A DNA stretch of 63,995 bases, the filler included, from Alloascoidea hylecoeti (taxonomy: Eukaryota): assembly GCA_001600815.1 (NCBI GenBank). It is 14 parts of 14 records of this genome, joined end to end, with 100 filler letters (N's around TTAATTAATTAA, not from the genome) between each part and the next. Parts side by side here need not be neighbours in the genome. Positions count along the whole stretch, not along the records: positions 47,313 to 51,242 come from BCKZ01000066.1; positions 51,343 to 55,193 come from BCKZ01000067.1; positions 55,294 to 58,959 come from BCKZ01000068.1; positions 59,060 to 62,722 come from BCKZ01000069.1; 10 more parts are not named here. One strand, 5' to 3'. Shown here one piece after another: positions 48,272 to 60,626 of this stretch. Each line of letters begins with the position of its first letter. Within the stretch, counting starts at the first letter, position 1. The translations under genes and the position numbers were made by a program. The notes below the pieces were generated by a model. The model was not told the origin of the DNA. It did not search any database and saw only the letters and a program-made list of their open reading frames with translations.

Positions 48272-51155
48272 TGAAAAGGCTACATATATGCAACCATTCA
48301 GATTTTCTGTATATGGTAATTAATAACCTGCATAAGACGTCACTTAATTAGACAAGAGAAATCGATAAATAAATCAATAGATAAATAAACGAATTAAATC
48401 AAATAGACAAGTTATTAAAAATTTATAGAATGACAAATTAAACAAAATTATTTCGATTCTCTAGATATCCTGTTCTGCTATCTTACAGATACGAAATCGT
48501 CGTATAAATAACTATTATATGCATATCTAGTTAATATTGTATCTATAGCTAGCGCTAGCTTCACTGGGGAATACTAAATAATTGTAGCACACCAATACTA
48601 ACATAAAGTTATTGTGTGTATAGATTATAATGTATATTATTGAACTTATAGAAAGTATATTAAACAGAAACTAAACCCCCAAAAATAATTCAAAAATAAG
48701 AAAGAAAAATATAATGGTGACTTTCCAAAGCTAACAATTAAAGTGTGTCAGCTAGAACCAGTTAAGCCAAAAAGTCGCACGGCCTTTTCTTGACTGCTCA
48801 GGAGTGCCATATCCAAACACTAACAATTACATACCAGCCAAATCTTAAACGCAAAGCTTGATGTGAGCAATTATACTACATATCGATTGATTGTAGGTAA
48901 GTGATTGATAACTCCCGGATGGCTAACATCATTGCTAAATCCTTTTTGATTATCTTATTTGCGTTTTAATCGCATACTTAGATCATTAACCTTGTGTGGG
49001 ATCTATATTGGTTATAATCACCATCATAGTAACTGCGTATAACGTTATAAAGATAATTAACAATGAACCCAAAGATATATAATTACGGTATAAAAATACG
49101 AAATTATCTCTTCACATCCATTTTTCTCCACTTTCTTCTACGCAATAAAACAGTGAATTTACGACACTCGGATGAGTAAAGTTGGCGGCCAACCCAAACG
49201 AAAAAAAGAAGAAAAAAGGAAGAAAAAAAGTCCTATATCAACAGCATCTGATATTTTTATTTCCACATAACTAAGTTTATTTTCTAATTGATTGAGTCTA
49301 ATGTATAACAGGTGAAATCTTTGATTCTCATATTTCATAATCAATACAATCCGCCCAAAGTTGGCCTCACCTATAATAGGCTATACATGCATATCATTAT
49401 TAATATTAATCAAACTTAGTGGTTAGCTCCACAATCAATCCCTCTTCTCCTTTTATATAACTTTCTAAAGCCCAAATAGTATCATCATTAGATAGAAAGT
49501 TTTGTTACATATTAATGGGTTATAATTGATATGTACTCATAATATTATACAAATAAAAAAAAGAGTTTAAACTTAAATATTATTACGAAAAACAGTTTAA
49601 ATTAATAATTATCATTGAAGATGAAACTATATAATTAATTAACCCCTTACTCAAAACTCGTATAAATGTATGACTATAGCTAATAAACAGTTTATTGATC
49701 ATAAGTTAATAATTATAAAATAAAGTCATAATTATCAACAATTCTTCAGATAAAGCTGTTGAAATTGCAAAGGCAATTGATACTCCAACTGTTCTCTGCC
49801 ACTGGAATGGTAGACTCTCCAGAACTTCAGGTTTAAGATGAAGTAAAATAACTAATATATATATTAATAGGAGTTTTGTCTTCTTACATAAGCTCTACTT
49901 ATACTGTTTCCACAGAGGTAGCTGTAGAATCAATAAAATAGAATTTAATATATACCACTATTTGTCTTAGCTAAATGAAGTTTGAACTGGAACAATTCGC
50001 TCTAGAACCTACTTCGAAAATTACGTGAAAGTTTTGTAGTGAGGTGGGTAAATATAATTCGCTATCCAATTAAGAAAAGCCAACAAAAAAGAAAAACAGA
50101 TTAATTCAACTAATATTCATGAACGCAAACATGTTTTAAATTATTTTCCGTAGTATCTTGAAACATGTATACACAATATTAACGCTTAACCATATTATTA
50201 AACATGTATACGATCGCAAGCCTATACAATATTATGATTATACATATACAAGATCCTATATAACACTAGGAAGATTTATAAATTTCATCAGAAATTCGAA
50301 CAATGCTATACCATAAATATATTGGTCTTTCTACACTTAAATTTAGTTACTCGAATAATCAAGATATAAACCGACAGCTTAGATGGAATGAAAATATTAA
50401 AATTTTACAACTTTGTCGTGTGCTATTATTACCTGTGTACCATACATATTATATTAAGCAAATAATAAGGTTATATGCCTAGGCATAGTTTAAGAACTGC
50501 TATATCATAATAAAATCCTAGACCCTGAATCAACGCCCTGATCAATTATATAAGGTACACGTATGCAGGACCGACCCATCAGTTAAGGTACCCGTACAGT
50601 TGAATAGATGATCTTATACGAAATTAATCTTAAATCCTCGGATACTTTAAATTTGATGGTAGCAAATGAAATCAAAAGAGAGAGAAAAATCGTGCAATTC
50701 TTCAGTAATAAACTAATTATAAGTAATAAATTTGGCGGTAGTGCTGTATCAATTGATAATATTCATTCATTATATATAACTAAAACTCGGTGTTCGAACA
50801 AGAAAATTTGTATAAAACTTCCCATACATATATCTTAGTTTGTCAGCGCATATATATTTTGGCTTGGCTGTTTCAACGTCTCACATTAAATAGGTTTAGA
50901 AATGTAATGAGAACGAGTACGCGTAACTATAGCAGAAAGTTAAAACGAGATTAGTATTATGATCAGATATACTATACATGGATATGTTGTACCAAACATT
51001 GTGATTTAAATAAAAAAAAAAGAGTATATACAGAAATGAAATATTTCCGCCCTTTCACAAATATTTATTTTAATACTCAAGTTTTCAACTATATAAATGT
51101 GCTTAAGTTCCATTCTTTAGAATAATCAGATACAGTTTATTGTATATCAATTGCA

Positions 51156-51242
51156 ATGAAGTTTTTATCATTAGCTACTATTTTTTTCGCCGCTGGTGCA
51201 TTTGCCGACACTCTTTCTAAAAGATCCACTTCTCTAACTGAA
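51156..51242 (+). CDS. Start of the next pectate lyase copy (95-bp contig-end overlap)
   Basis: 51148-51242 is identical to 47313-47407. Confidence 0.8.
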
Positions 51243-51342
51243 NNNNNNNNNNNNNNNNNNNNNNNNNNNNNNNNNNNNNNNNNNNNTTAATTAATTAANN
51301 NNNNNNNNNNNNNNNNNNNNNNNNNNNNNNNNNNNNNNNNNN

Positions 51343-51749
51343 GCGTTTTATAATAGAAACTAAAGGGCTCCTTAAAACAGTAATGTTTTAGTGGCATAAT
51401 GGGGAAAATAGCAAGAACATCTTAATGATAACCTCCTAAATTAAGACAATTTGCAGCGGAGTTTACCCCGGTATTTGTATAGTACCCTCATACCCCCATC
51501 TCCCCGGGGAATAATACAAAGGGTTAAAAACGTTCAACGACTAATGAGTGAGTAGTACCAACAATAAGCTCGACACGATACCCCCGCATCCGAAATATAA
51601 CCCCGTGAACACCGTAGGCAGTTTCGGATGAAGAAATAGTCTAAACATCAATAAAAATTGATGAAAACAAGGCTTAAACGCTTTGTGTACCCCCGTCTCA
51701 CTTTTCATTTTATATTGTCCATCGATAATCGGGGGTTCTAAATACAATG
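51343..51749 (+). mobile_element. 3' part of group I intron cob-490
   Basis: Core-like AAATAGCAAGAA, AATTTGCAGCG, CGTTCAACGACTA, AAGAAATAGTCT; ends in G before the cob micro-exon. Confidence 0.75.
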
Positions 51750-51765
51750 TCATATGAGGAGGTTT
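51750..51765 (+). CDS. cob: Cytochrome b 16-nt micro-exon (nt 491-506)
   Basis: TC ATA TGA GGA GGT TT = IWGGF, joins the next exon T TCT GTT; matches the 490/506 intron-site spacing. Confidence 0.85.
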
Positions 51766-52628
51766 AATAATAAACAGTTGAACCACATTACGGTGACGTT
51801 ATGTTAAAAATTCTGCTTAATGCTGAGACATCCCCAAATTTAGGATTTGCATACGATTTATTATTTATTAATTTAATATCTTCAATATACGTGCCAATTG
51901 CAATGACAGGGGGACAATCAGCAGAGGTTATAAGTATATATACTTCAGAAGCCTCTCAGAGAGTACACGCAGAAGATCTAATATTTGCCTATTTAGTCGG
52001 CTTGTTTGAAGCACAAAATATCCTATGTTATATAATAAGCAATATGATTACTTAAGATTTAAAGACGCATTGCTTTCAGGTATTATTTATTCAGATGATT
52101 TACCTAAATACTCTAGAAGTGATGTGCCAATATATTCTATATAATCTATTATTAATACATCCTATTTGTCTGCTTGATTAGTAGGATTTATAGAAGCTGA
52201 AGGTAGGTTTCAGTACATATATATCCAATAAAAAGGAAGATTATATAACAGCTAGTTTTTATATAGCTCAAAAAGATGGTAATATTTTAATCTCAGCAAT
52301 ACCTCAAAATATATCTTTAACTACTCAAATATATATAGATAAAATAAATTGTTCAAGATTAAAAGTTACAGGAATAAGTTCAATTGAAAATGTTATTAAA
52401 TTTTTATAAGATGTTCCTGTCAAATTATAGGGTAATAAAAAATTACAATACTTATTATGAATAAAACAATAACGTCAAATTTCTATATATACATAAAAAA
52501 TTGAACTACCTTCCCTTCAAACAGTGAATTAAATATGAGATCATGATATACTCCGATCAATAGATAAATTTATTGAGTGTAGTAAGAGTATTTAATATTA
52601 ATTAAATATGTAACTACCAACACAAATG
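51766..52628 (+). pseudogene. Group I intron cob-506 with a decayed LAGLIDADG ORF
   Basis: YLVGLFEA and WLVGFIEAEG remnants broken by stops and frameshifts; AATCAGCAG, TCAGAGAGTACACG and ATGATATACTCC core elements. Confidence 0.8.
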
Positions 52629-52806
52629 TTCTGTTAACTACCCTACTATTCAAAGGTTTTTTGCTCTACATTATTTATTACCTTTTGTTTTAGCAGCTTT
52701 AACAATAATGCATTTAATGGCATTACATACACATGGATCATCAAGTCCTTTAGGAATAACAGGTAATATAGATAGAGTGGGAATGCATCCATATTTCATC
52801 TTTAAA
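52629..52806 (+). CDS. cob: Cytochrome b exon (nt 507-684)
   Basis: [59 protein letters not shown]. Confidence 0.95.
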
Positions 52807-55176
52807 GTGCGCCGTTGCGCTACTCATGTACAGTTGTCTTTTCAGAACAACAAATACTTCGACATTGTATTTTCAACACCATACTTAGGTAATTGATGAA
52901 AATCTTTACTAAACATAGCATGTATGGAAAAAGGCTGAGGAATGGCCAAGATAGTGGCTATCTGATGCTTAGTTGAAGGACTCATGGTTAGAGTTAAACT
53001 ACCCGAACGTCAATTACCAAGACACTCTAATGAAGGTGGTTATCTTGCTATCGATGGGATATCTTCAATTGGTGTTATTTTAGGCGTTAAAGAAAATGAC
53101 AAGTCGATCAATTGAAACAATGATACTAATAGTATCGCTAAGGTAATGAGTGACGAACCTAAAAGTCCATTCTGATACATGGGTATGACTACGGGATTCG
53201 CTAAATACAGTAATGTCCATGCGAACGGAGGTTCCATATTATTTGGGAATTATCTTTCTGAATCTTATAATTTTAAGTCTGATTATTTCCATTGAAGGGA
53301 ACCAGTAGTTGTTAGTCGTAGATTTCTTAGTACAAGTTCAGGATTGACATCGAATGTACTTAAGAAACTTGACAGTCTTAATCAAAGATCATTGAAACAT
53401 CCTAATGATAGCATTGACAGAAATCTATATGATAGTTTTATACTTAATAAAGATCTTTTTCGTATAGCATATAATAAACTTAAATCTAAACCTGGGATGA
53501 TGACTCCTGGTATAAGTCCCAGAACTTTAGATGGTATATCCGAGGAAAGATTAGAAAAAATAATTAATGATTTAAGAACTAATGTGTTCCAATTTACTCC
53601 AGGTAGACGGATTGAAATTCCAAAAGCCAATGGAAAAACTAGACCACTAACATTAGGGGATCCTAATGATAAAATAGTTCAAGAGGTAATGAGAATAGTT
53701 TTAGAAGCTATTTATGAACCATTATTTTTAGATGTATCTCATGGATTTAGACCAAATCGTAGCTGTCACACTGCACTTAGACAAGTATTTACCAAATTTA
53801 AAGGTTGCACTTGATGAATTGAAGGAGATATTAAAGCTTGTTTTGATACTATACCTCATGATAAACTAATAAATTGTTTAGAATCCAAAATCAAAGACCA
53901 AAGATTTATTGAACTTATTCGTAAAGCTTTGAACGCTGGATATATGATAGGGTATACACGTAAGACAGATATTCTAGGTACCCCTCAAGGTTCAATAATT
54001 AGTCCTATATTAGCTAATATTTATTTACATCAGTTAGATGAATATATTGCTAACTTAACTAATGAATTTAATTCAGTAAACGAAAAAAAACCTTATAATA
54101 GTATCTACAGATCAGCTCAACATCAATTACATAAAGCTCGTAGAGATGGTAGAGATAGTTCTACCTTAAGAAAGTTAGCTATTAACCTTAGAATGACAGA
54201 TAAAACTATAAAAAATGCTACTACTCGAAAAATAATGTATATTAGATATGCAGATGATTGAATAATAGCAGTAAATGGTACATATACTGAGACTAATATA
54301 ATTCTCGATAAAGTTAAAAAATTTTGTGCAAATGAATTAGGTTTAGTAGTTTCGGAAGAAAAGACAAGAATCACTAATTCATATACTGATAAGATCTCCT
54401 TTTTAGGTGTTTACATACAACATTCAAAAGTGACAACTTACAGTCTACATGGCAAATTCAAACAACGGAATTCAGGATTCTTAGTTTTATCTGCTCCTAT
54501 GTCTAAAATCCAAAGTAAATTAGCGAAAGCTGGTTTTATTTTAAGCCATAAAGGTGTTTTAACAGGAAGAGATAGAACGTCGTGAGTTGTACTAAAACCA
54601 GAACAAATCATAATTCTAGCTAATAGTATTATTAGAGGTTATCTAAATTATTATTCTTTTGTATATAATAGAGGTAAACTTGTAAGTTTTATTTTCTACA
54701 CCATTCGTGATGTTGTCCTTCGTACGTTGGCACATAAGTATAATCTTATAACTAGAGCCCAAGTCTATAAAAAATTTGGGAATGATTTAACTATTTTAGA
54801 TGCTAATAAACGAGATAAGGATAATAAACCTAAAGTTCTAGCTAAGATGTATAAACCCGAAACATATAAACTAAATCTTTGAGATTTTAAAATTAGAAAA
54901 ATAGATACAACTATACCAGCTCTTTATTCAGATAATATTTCTTTTTCATCAATACTAGGATTAGCTTGTATTATATGTGGAAGTAAACATAAAGTAGAAA
55001 TGCATCATATTCGTATGATGAAAGATCTTAAATCTATATACGGTTCATTAGATTATTTAATGGCTAAACGTAAACGTAAACAGATATCTTTATGTCGAGA
55101 TTGTCATATGAAACATCATAAAGGAACATTAATAATACCACAAGGAATTATTGATAAATATGTTACAAAAAAATAA
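52807..55176 (+). CDS. Group II intron at cob nt 684 with in-frame RT/maturase/HNH ORF; intron 3' end beyond the contig
   Basis: GTGCG start; frame open from the exon (TGA=Trp); [42 protein letters not shown]. Confidence 0.92.
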
Positions 55177-55293
55177 AATTATCCTCTCCCCCCNNNNNNN
55201 NNNNNNNNNNNNNNNNNNNNNNNNNNNNNNNNNNNNNTTAATTAATTAANNNNNNNNNNNNNNNNNNNNNNNNNNNNNNNNNNNNNNNNNNNN

Positions 55294-55436
55294 AATAGAC
55301 CAAATAGAACACATGGTAACGGTTCAGAGATGTACAAAGAGTTTTTCAAGAAGTATGATATAAAACCGTAACAGAGAGTGAATGCGCCTAGACACGATAA
55401 AACCAGGTTAAAATTGGAGGTGTTGATAGTAGGCAT
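55294..55436 (-). CDS. Na+(K+)/H+ antiporter (CPA1, Nha1/Sod2 family), N-terminal fragment
   Basis: MPTINTSNFNLVLSCLGAFTLCYGFISYFLKNSLYISEPLPCVLFG. Confidence 0.8.
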
Positions 55437-55740
55437 ACCATGTGAAAACAGTGTTTGTAAATTTAAAGATAATCTATGAAATATATATGAAACTGGTGTA
55501 ACGGTAATTCTTGCAAAAAAATAAAAAACGTCTAAGATCTGGAAGATCCGGACTGGAGTGGAGCACTAGTGATTTTCATTCTTTGCATATATCCCTATTA
55601 TATAATATTATAAGCTATTCTTTTAGTATTTTAAATAGTATTTATAGAGGATGAAAATCCTTTTCTTTTTGATATTCTTGAATTTTGAAGTTTTGAAGTG
55701 TTTCTGAAATTTTCAAGTTTTTAGTTCTTTTTTTAGATTA

Positions 55741-56676
55741 CAGTTTTTCCACCTATTACTAGAGCTATTTTCAAAACTTATTAGCGTTTCATCTGGGAAT
55801 TAATTAGCGTTATTTTTGGAAATTAATTAAAATAATATCTGATAATTAATTAGTGAAGTCACAGATGATTATTTAGTTGTTATACCTAGGAAAATTTGGT
55901 AGTGTTATGTGAGACAATTAATTGGTCACAGGTACAATTCGCAATATTTCTAAACGTTAGTTAGCCATCAATTTGGAACTTATTTCGCGAAATATATGAA
56001 ACATAATTAGCGTTCAGTGAGGGAGTTAATTAATCAACACCCTGCTAGATACATAGAAGGTATTTAGGCCATCTTTAGACTATTTTTTTTATTAGACAAA
56101 AGATACTTAAGTATTCTATATCTATTAATATTTACTATAATAATGGTTCTTTCAGTTTACATTTTTCAGGGAAAGTCATATAAAGCTTTATAGCAATGCT
56201 CACAAAACGTGATAACCGGGAACTTTTATTATAATTAAAGGAATAGAAGTTAAAATACCAGCATGTTACACATAACCTGCGCACCAAGGAGAGATATCTC
56301 GAGATATAAAATTTTGCTACTCATAGTATGGATAAGAGCTGCATTTAAAACATTGAATGGATAATAAGCTTACTACTAAATTGCTAACTAACTCCCTCAC
56401 TGAACGCTAATTATGTTTCATATATTTCGCGAAATAAGTTCCAAATTGATGGCTAATTAACGTTTAGAAATATTGCGAATTGTACCTGTGACCAATTAAT
56501 TGTCTCACATAACACTACCAAATTTTCCTAGGTATAACAACTAAATAATCATCTGTGACTTCACTAATTAATTATCAGATATTATTTTAATTAATTTCCA
56601 AAAATAACGCTAATTAATTCCCAGATGAAACGCTAATAAGTTTTGAAAATAGCTCTAGTAATAGGTGGAAAAACTG
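55741..56676. mobile_element. Non-autonomous Tc1/mariner-like DNA transposon (936 bp) with 288-bp TIRs
   Basis: TA|CAGT...ACTG|TA; 55741-56028 is the reverse complement of 56389-56676 with one mismatch seen; 360-bp non-coding core. Confidence 0.93.
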
Positions 56677-58026
56677 TACTTTAATTTTAATTTTAAGGCC
56701 CAAAGTGATAACTATAAGAAATGAAAAGGCTCAATATGACGCCAATTAACAATATTAGTTAATTAATTGGTAGACTAATTGTTTTTTTTTCCTTATAAAC
56801 TTATATCTTCCTTTTTGAAATGGTTGAACCTTTATGAATGAAGTGATCAAAGGGTGGGGGTAGCCGAATATCAAGTGTCAAGCGGTTGAATATGCATTTG
56901 AGGATAACTTGGCCCAATCATAAGTTAAAAATGTGGCCGAATATTTAATTTAAGATGTGTTCGAAGCAAATTATATTTAATTCAGACTATGGCCGAATAG
57001 TTTGTGCATCATATGGTATGGTCTAATATTTATGGTACGTGTACTTCGTGGTTGAATATTTCTACATTATGTGTCCGAATTATTGATTTATAGTATGGGC
57101 GAAACATTTTCTCAAATATAGGCGAATATGTAGGCTAACAAGTAGTCAATATGAATATTAACGCAAAACGCTGAAACATTTTGAGCAGTAATCTTATAGA
57201 AAATATAACTTTGTAATTGTTATAGTTTTCTTTGTTATCACTTTACATAAAATGAATAATAGTTATAGTTTTGGGAGATTAGTAAGTAAATACAATGTTT
57301 TGTAAATAAAAGGGGATGTTTTATTAGTTTCTACTAACTTTCTAGATTTAGAGAGGAGAAGGAATCATGGCAAATCCAAGCAAACAATAATTATACGAAA
57401 TTACAAACTACAAAAATATTATGGGAATAATTACATAATACAATGTTCATAGTGACTCGTGAGCAATGAGCATAGCAAAACTTTTGTAAATATTATTATT
57501 ATTGGCCATTATGGTCTGGACTCTGCAATAAATAATATCATTATTTACCGTGAAAGCTATCATATACATTATACCTATGTAATTCCTTCTTTTTCTACTT
57601 TTTCTACTTTTTCTACTTTTTCTTCTTTTTCTTTTCTTTAGTAGTCATAAGAACTAATATCATTACTTTTCACTTACAATAGCAGGAGATCTAAGGAATC
57701 AACGTTACGAAACAGCACCAAATTATTTATTAGAAGGAACTAATTAATTGCATATAAAGTTACGCCTACATACAGGCAAACACAAACAAGCAGGAGTGGG
57801 CCTTTCAGATGGTGTTATTCTCATTTGAGGTCCATAAGGAACAAGAACAAAGGGTGGAAACCAAGTAGGAGAAACCCACCTTTAATAACAGCTATTTAAG
57901 GAGTGGTGGCCAGTCACCAATTTAAATCACCCAAGACAAATAAATGGAAAAGAAAAACTAATCAAAGGAACAAGATACAATAAACAGAGAACAACTTCAA
58001 TCAATTCAAAAGGAGGATAAACCTGA

Positions 58027-58959
58027 TTAGTTATGATTCACAAATTTAATTTCGGGAATTGGGCGACCTTGAAGACTATCATCGTTTACTTCAACATTTG
58101 TATATTTTTGCAATTGATCATCATCATCAATAGGTAAAATCGAAGTTGATTTAAGAGGAGATAATTCTTGAGTCGAAATATTTTCTGATGCTTTTTCCAA
58201 TTTTTGATTTTCTAAATCTCTCATTCTAATACTTTTTGCAATTAATTGAGGATCCAAACTTTGAGATTTTCTATTATCACGACTTAAAGTTGACAATATT
58301 CTTCTTGTTCCCTTTTTACCAAGAATTAATAAAGAAACAGTTGAACCATGACAAACAACAGAAGTTAAAACACTGAAATAAATTACTGGATAAATTGTAT
58401 CAATTAAAAATTCAATTTCTTTTGAATTTTCTTCTGTTTTATAATCTTCTAATGAATTCATTGCAATATGCAAATAAAATATTGCACCTATTCCAATTGG
58501 ACCAAAATAACCTAAGAATATAGCTTCTTTAAAAGATTTAACAGTTGGTATAAACTTATAGAATGCAATAACTGGAGGAATTCTTCTAAAAATCATAAGA
58601 CAAATTCCAAAAACAACAAATCTCCAAACTTTTCTTTCACTACTATTAAATTGACTCCATGGCATAACTATACCAACCCATAAAAATATAGCAATATTTA
58701 ATAACATATCAATCGAATCTTGTACATCACTACCTCCCGAATCTGTTTCTTTTATCCAAGATACCCAACCAAAGGCGCAACCTGCAAAAAAACAAGCAAA
58801 TAAATCATCAGTACCAATCATACCTGCTGTACCCATAACAAATAATGCCAAAGCGAAGATAAATACAAGATATGATTCATTATCAATAAGATTCTTTTCT
58901 TTTGCAAATTTTAAAACAAATTGTCCTAAAAATCCAACAAATATACCATATACGACACT
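58027..58959 (-). CDS. Na+(K+)/H+ antiporter (Nha1/Sod2 family), C-terminal part with short tail
   Basis: GTDDLFACFFAG, SIDMLLN, RRIP, EAIFLGYFGPIGIGAIFY, SVVCHGST; open to the contig edge. Confidence 0.9.
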   Translation of the reverse strand, partial: SVVYGIFVGFLGQFVLKFAKEKNLIDNESYLVFIFALALFVMGTAGMIGTDDLFACFFAGCAFGWVSWIKETDSGGSDVQDSIDMLLNIAIFLWVGIVMPWSQFNSSERKVWRFVVFGICLMIFRRIPPVIAFYKFIPTVKSFKEAIFLGYFGPIGIGAIFYLHIAMNSLEDYKTEENSKEIEFLIDTIYPVIYFSVLTSVVCHGSTVSLLILGKKGTRRILSTLSRDNRKSQSLDPQLIAKSIRMRDLENQKLEKASENISTQELSPLKSTSILPIDDDDQLQKYTNVEVNDDSLQGRPIPEIKFVNHN

Positions 58960-59059
58960 NNNNNNNNNNNNNNNNNNNNNNNNNNNNNNNNNNNNNNNNN
59001 NNNTTAATTAATTAANNNNNNNNNNNNNNNNNNNNNNNNNNNNNNNNNNNNNNNNNNNN

Positions 59060-59244
59060 ACAGTATAACTAGCTGGATCATTGGCAGCATGCGCATAACA
59101 TCTACTTTGGATCTCTGCATAACCTTGCAAAGCAGAAAATGCATCAGTTCCCTGTTGAGAGAGTAAGAATGATTCTTCAACTGCAAAAGCAGTAGAAGAA
59201 ACCAATAAAGAAGATAGAATAAGCTTAAGTGATACACCTTTCAT
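59060..59244 (-). CDS. Unknown secreted protein, N-terminal fragment
   Basis: MKGVSLKLILSSLLVSSTAFA-VEES signal peptide; AAAATG start context; open to the contig edge. Confidence 0.7.
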
Positions 59245-59673
59245 TTTAGCGATTGAATTAGAGACTGAGAACTGATTTGAAAAAGTTATATCCAGGAAAA
59301 ATGTGCTATTTTATAGATCAAGAGACCTAGTGGAACTTCTATATATCTTCGAAATTTTAATTCCGTGCTGTAGGTACGCAATATCGCTTTGTCGACACTT
59401 TTCTAATCTTAAAAGTGGATATCGATAAGACTGAAAAGTTAAAAAAGAACTGATTGCACCATATTAAAAGGAATAAGATTTCGGAACATATGTACGGGGA
59501 AAAAAAAAATTTAATCGAGTTAGCTAGAGTACTTGTAGTTTATTTTCTGAATCATTGCAATCTTACATGTATTTAATCACATTGTATATCACTTTATTAG
59601 GTGTAGTTAAGCTTTTTATACGAAGGTGGATTTGGCTTACGACGAAAATCAAAAAGGAAGATATAAATGTATA

Positions 59674-59995
59674 TGTTAAAGTTCAAAGTGCCTGTTCTCC
59701 CAGTTGCGCCAAAAAGCCAATCGACTCTCTAGTGAACTGTTCTAAGAGTGTAATATACCAACACACAACCTTAGGCAGGTGTGTGTAGGTCACTTTACTA
59801 ATCGCCATATCTGCTCACCCCCGTGATCTTTCGGGTCTCGGACTTCTTGCAGACTGACTCGGACATTTTACTTTCGGGCCATTTATGCGTTACCCGCTAC
59901 CATGTTAAAGTTCAAAGTGCCTGTTCTCCCAGTTGCGCCAAAAAGCCAATCGACTCTCTAGTGAACTGTTCTAAGAGTGTAATATATATCCAACA
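59674..59995 (-). mobile_element. TRIM-like miniature non-autonomous LTR retrotransposon (322 bp)
   Basis: Direct repeats 59674-59763 and 59903-59995 (TG..CA), 5-bp TSD GTATA, minus-strand PBS TGGTAGCG at 59902-59895 abutting the 5' LTR, 139-bp non-coding interior. Confidence 0.93.
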
Positions 59996-60626
59996 GTATA
60001 TTTTAAAAAATTTCTAAAATTCGATATTAAATTAAAACAATATAAATCTATATAGGTATATTTATAGATAGTCAAGTGGAGAATAGTTACACTTGTATGT
60101 GCTTTTACCTGACGTGAGACATGAGGGTTAACTGACAGAGTCTCGTGTGGTGACTCACCCCAAGCCTTTCGGATTAACCAAGAATCCCGGAAAATATTAG
60201 TTGTTCCCACTTCCCAGCGTACACAGTACTATACACGCATAGTGATAGCTTATCTTAAGTTTGACAGTTAGCTGCAGTGAATAAATAGTATTACATGATG
60301 GTTGAGTTTAAATTTATTTAACTATATCGGGAACATTATGTTATTTTTTTTAAGATTTTATTTATAACTAACTTAATTAAAATCTCAAGTATTTCAATGT
60401 TAAAATAAGGATGTAGAAAAAGCTTAAACAAAAATTTTTTTTTTAATCAATTTTATCGCTCATAGCGCTTGATTGATGATATTAGGCTATCTTGGTATTT
60501 TTAAAAACTATATTTTTCAATTTCAATTTGTATTGGATATACATAATATTATACAATTAGTCTAGATAGTTTTAGAGTCATAAATAAAATAATTCAATTA
60601 GGTATAGAGTTTTGTTACTAGTAGAT

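Noticed and set aside
59764..59902. Possible hammerhead ribozyme (retrozyme) in the TRIM interior
   Set aside because: GAAA motifs occur but no CUGANGA core was found on either strand
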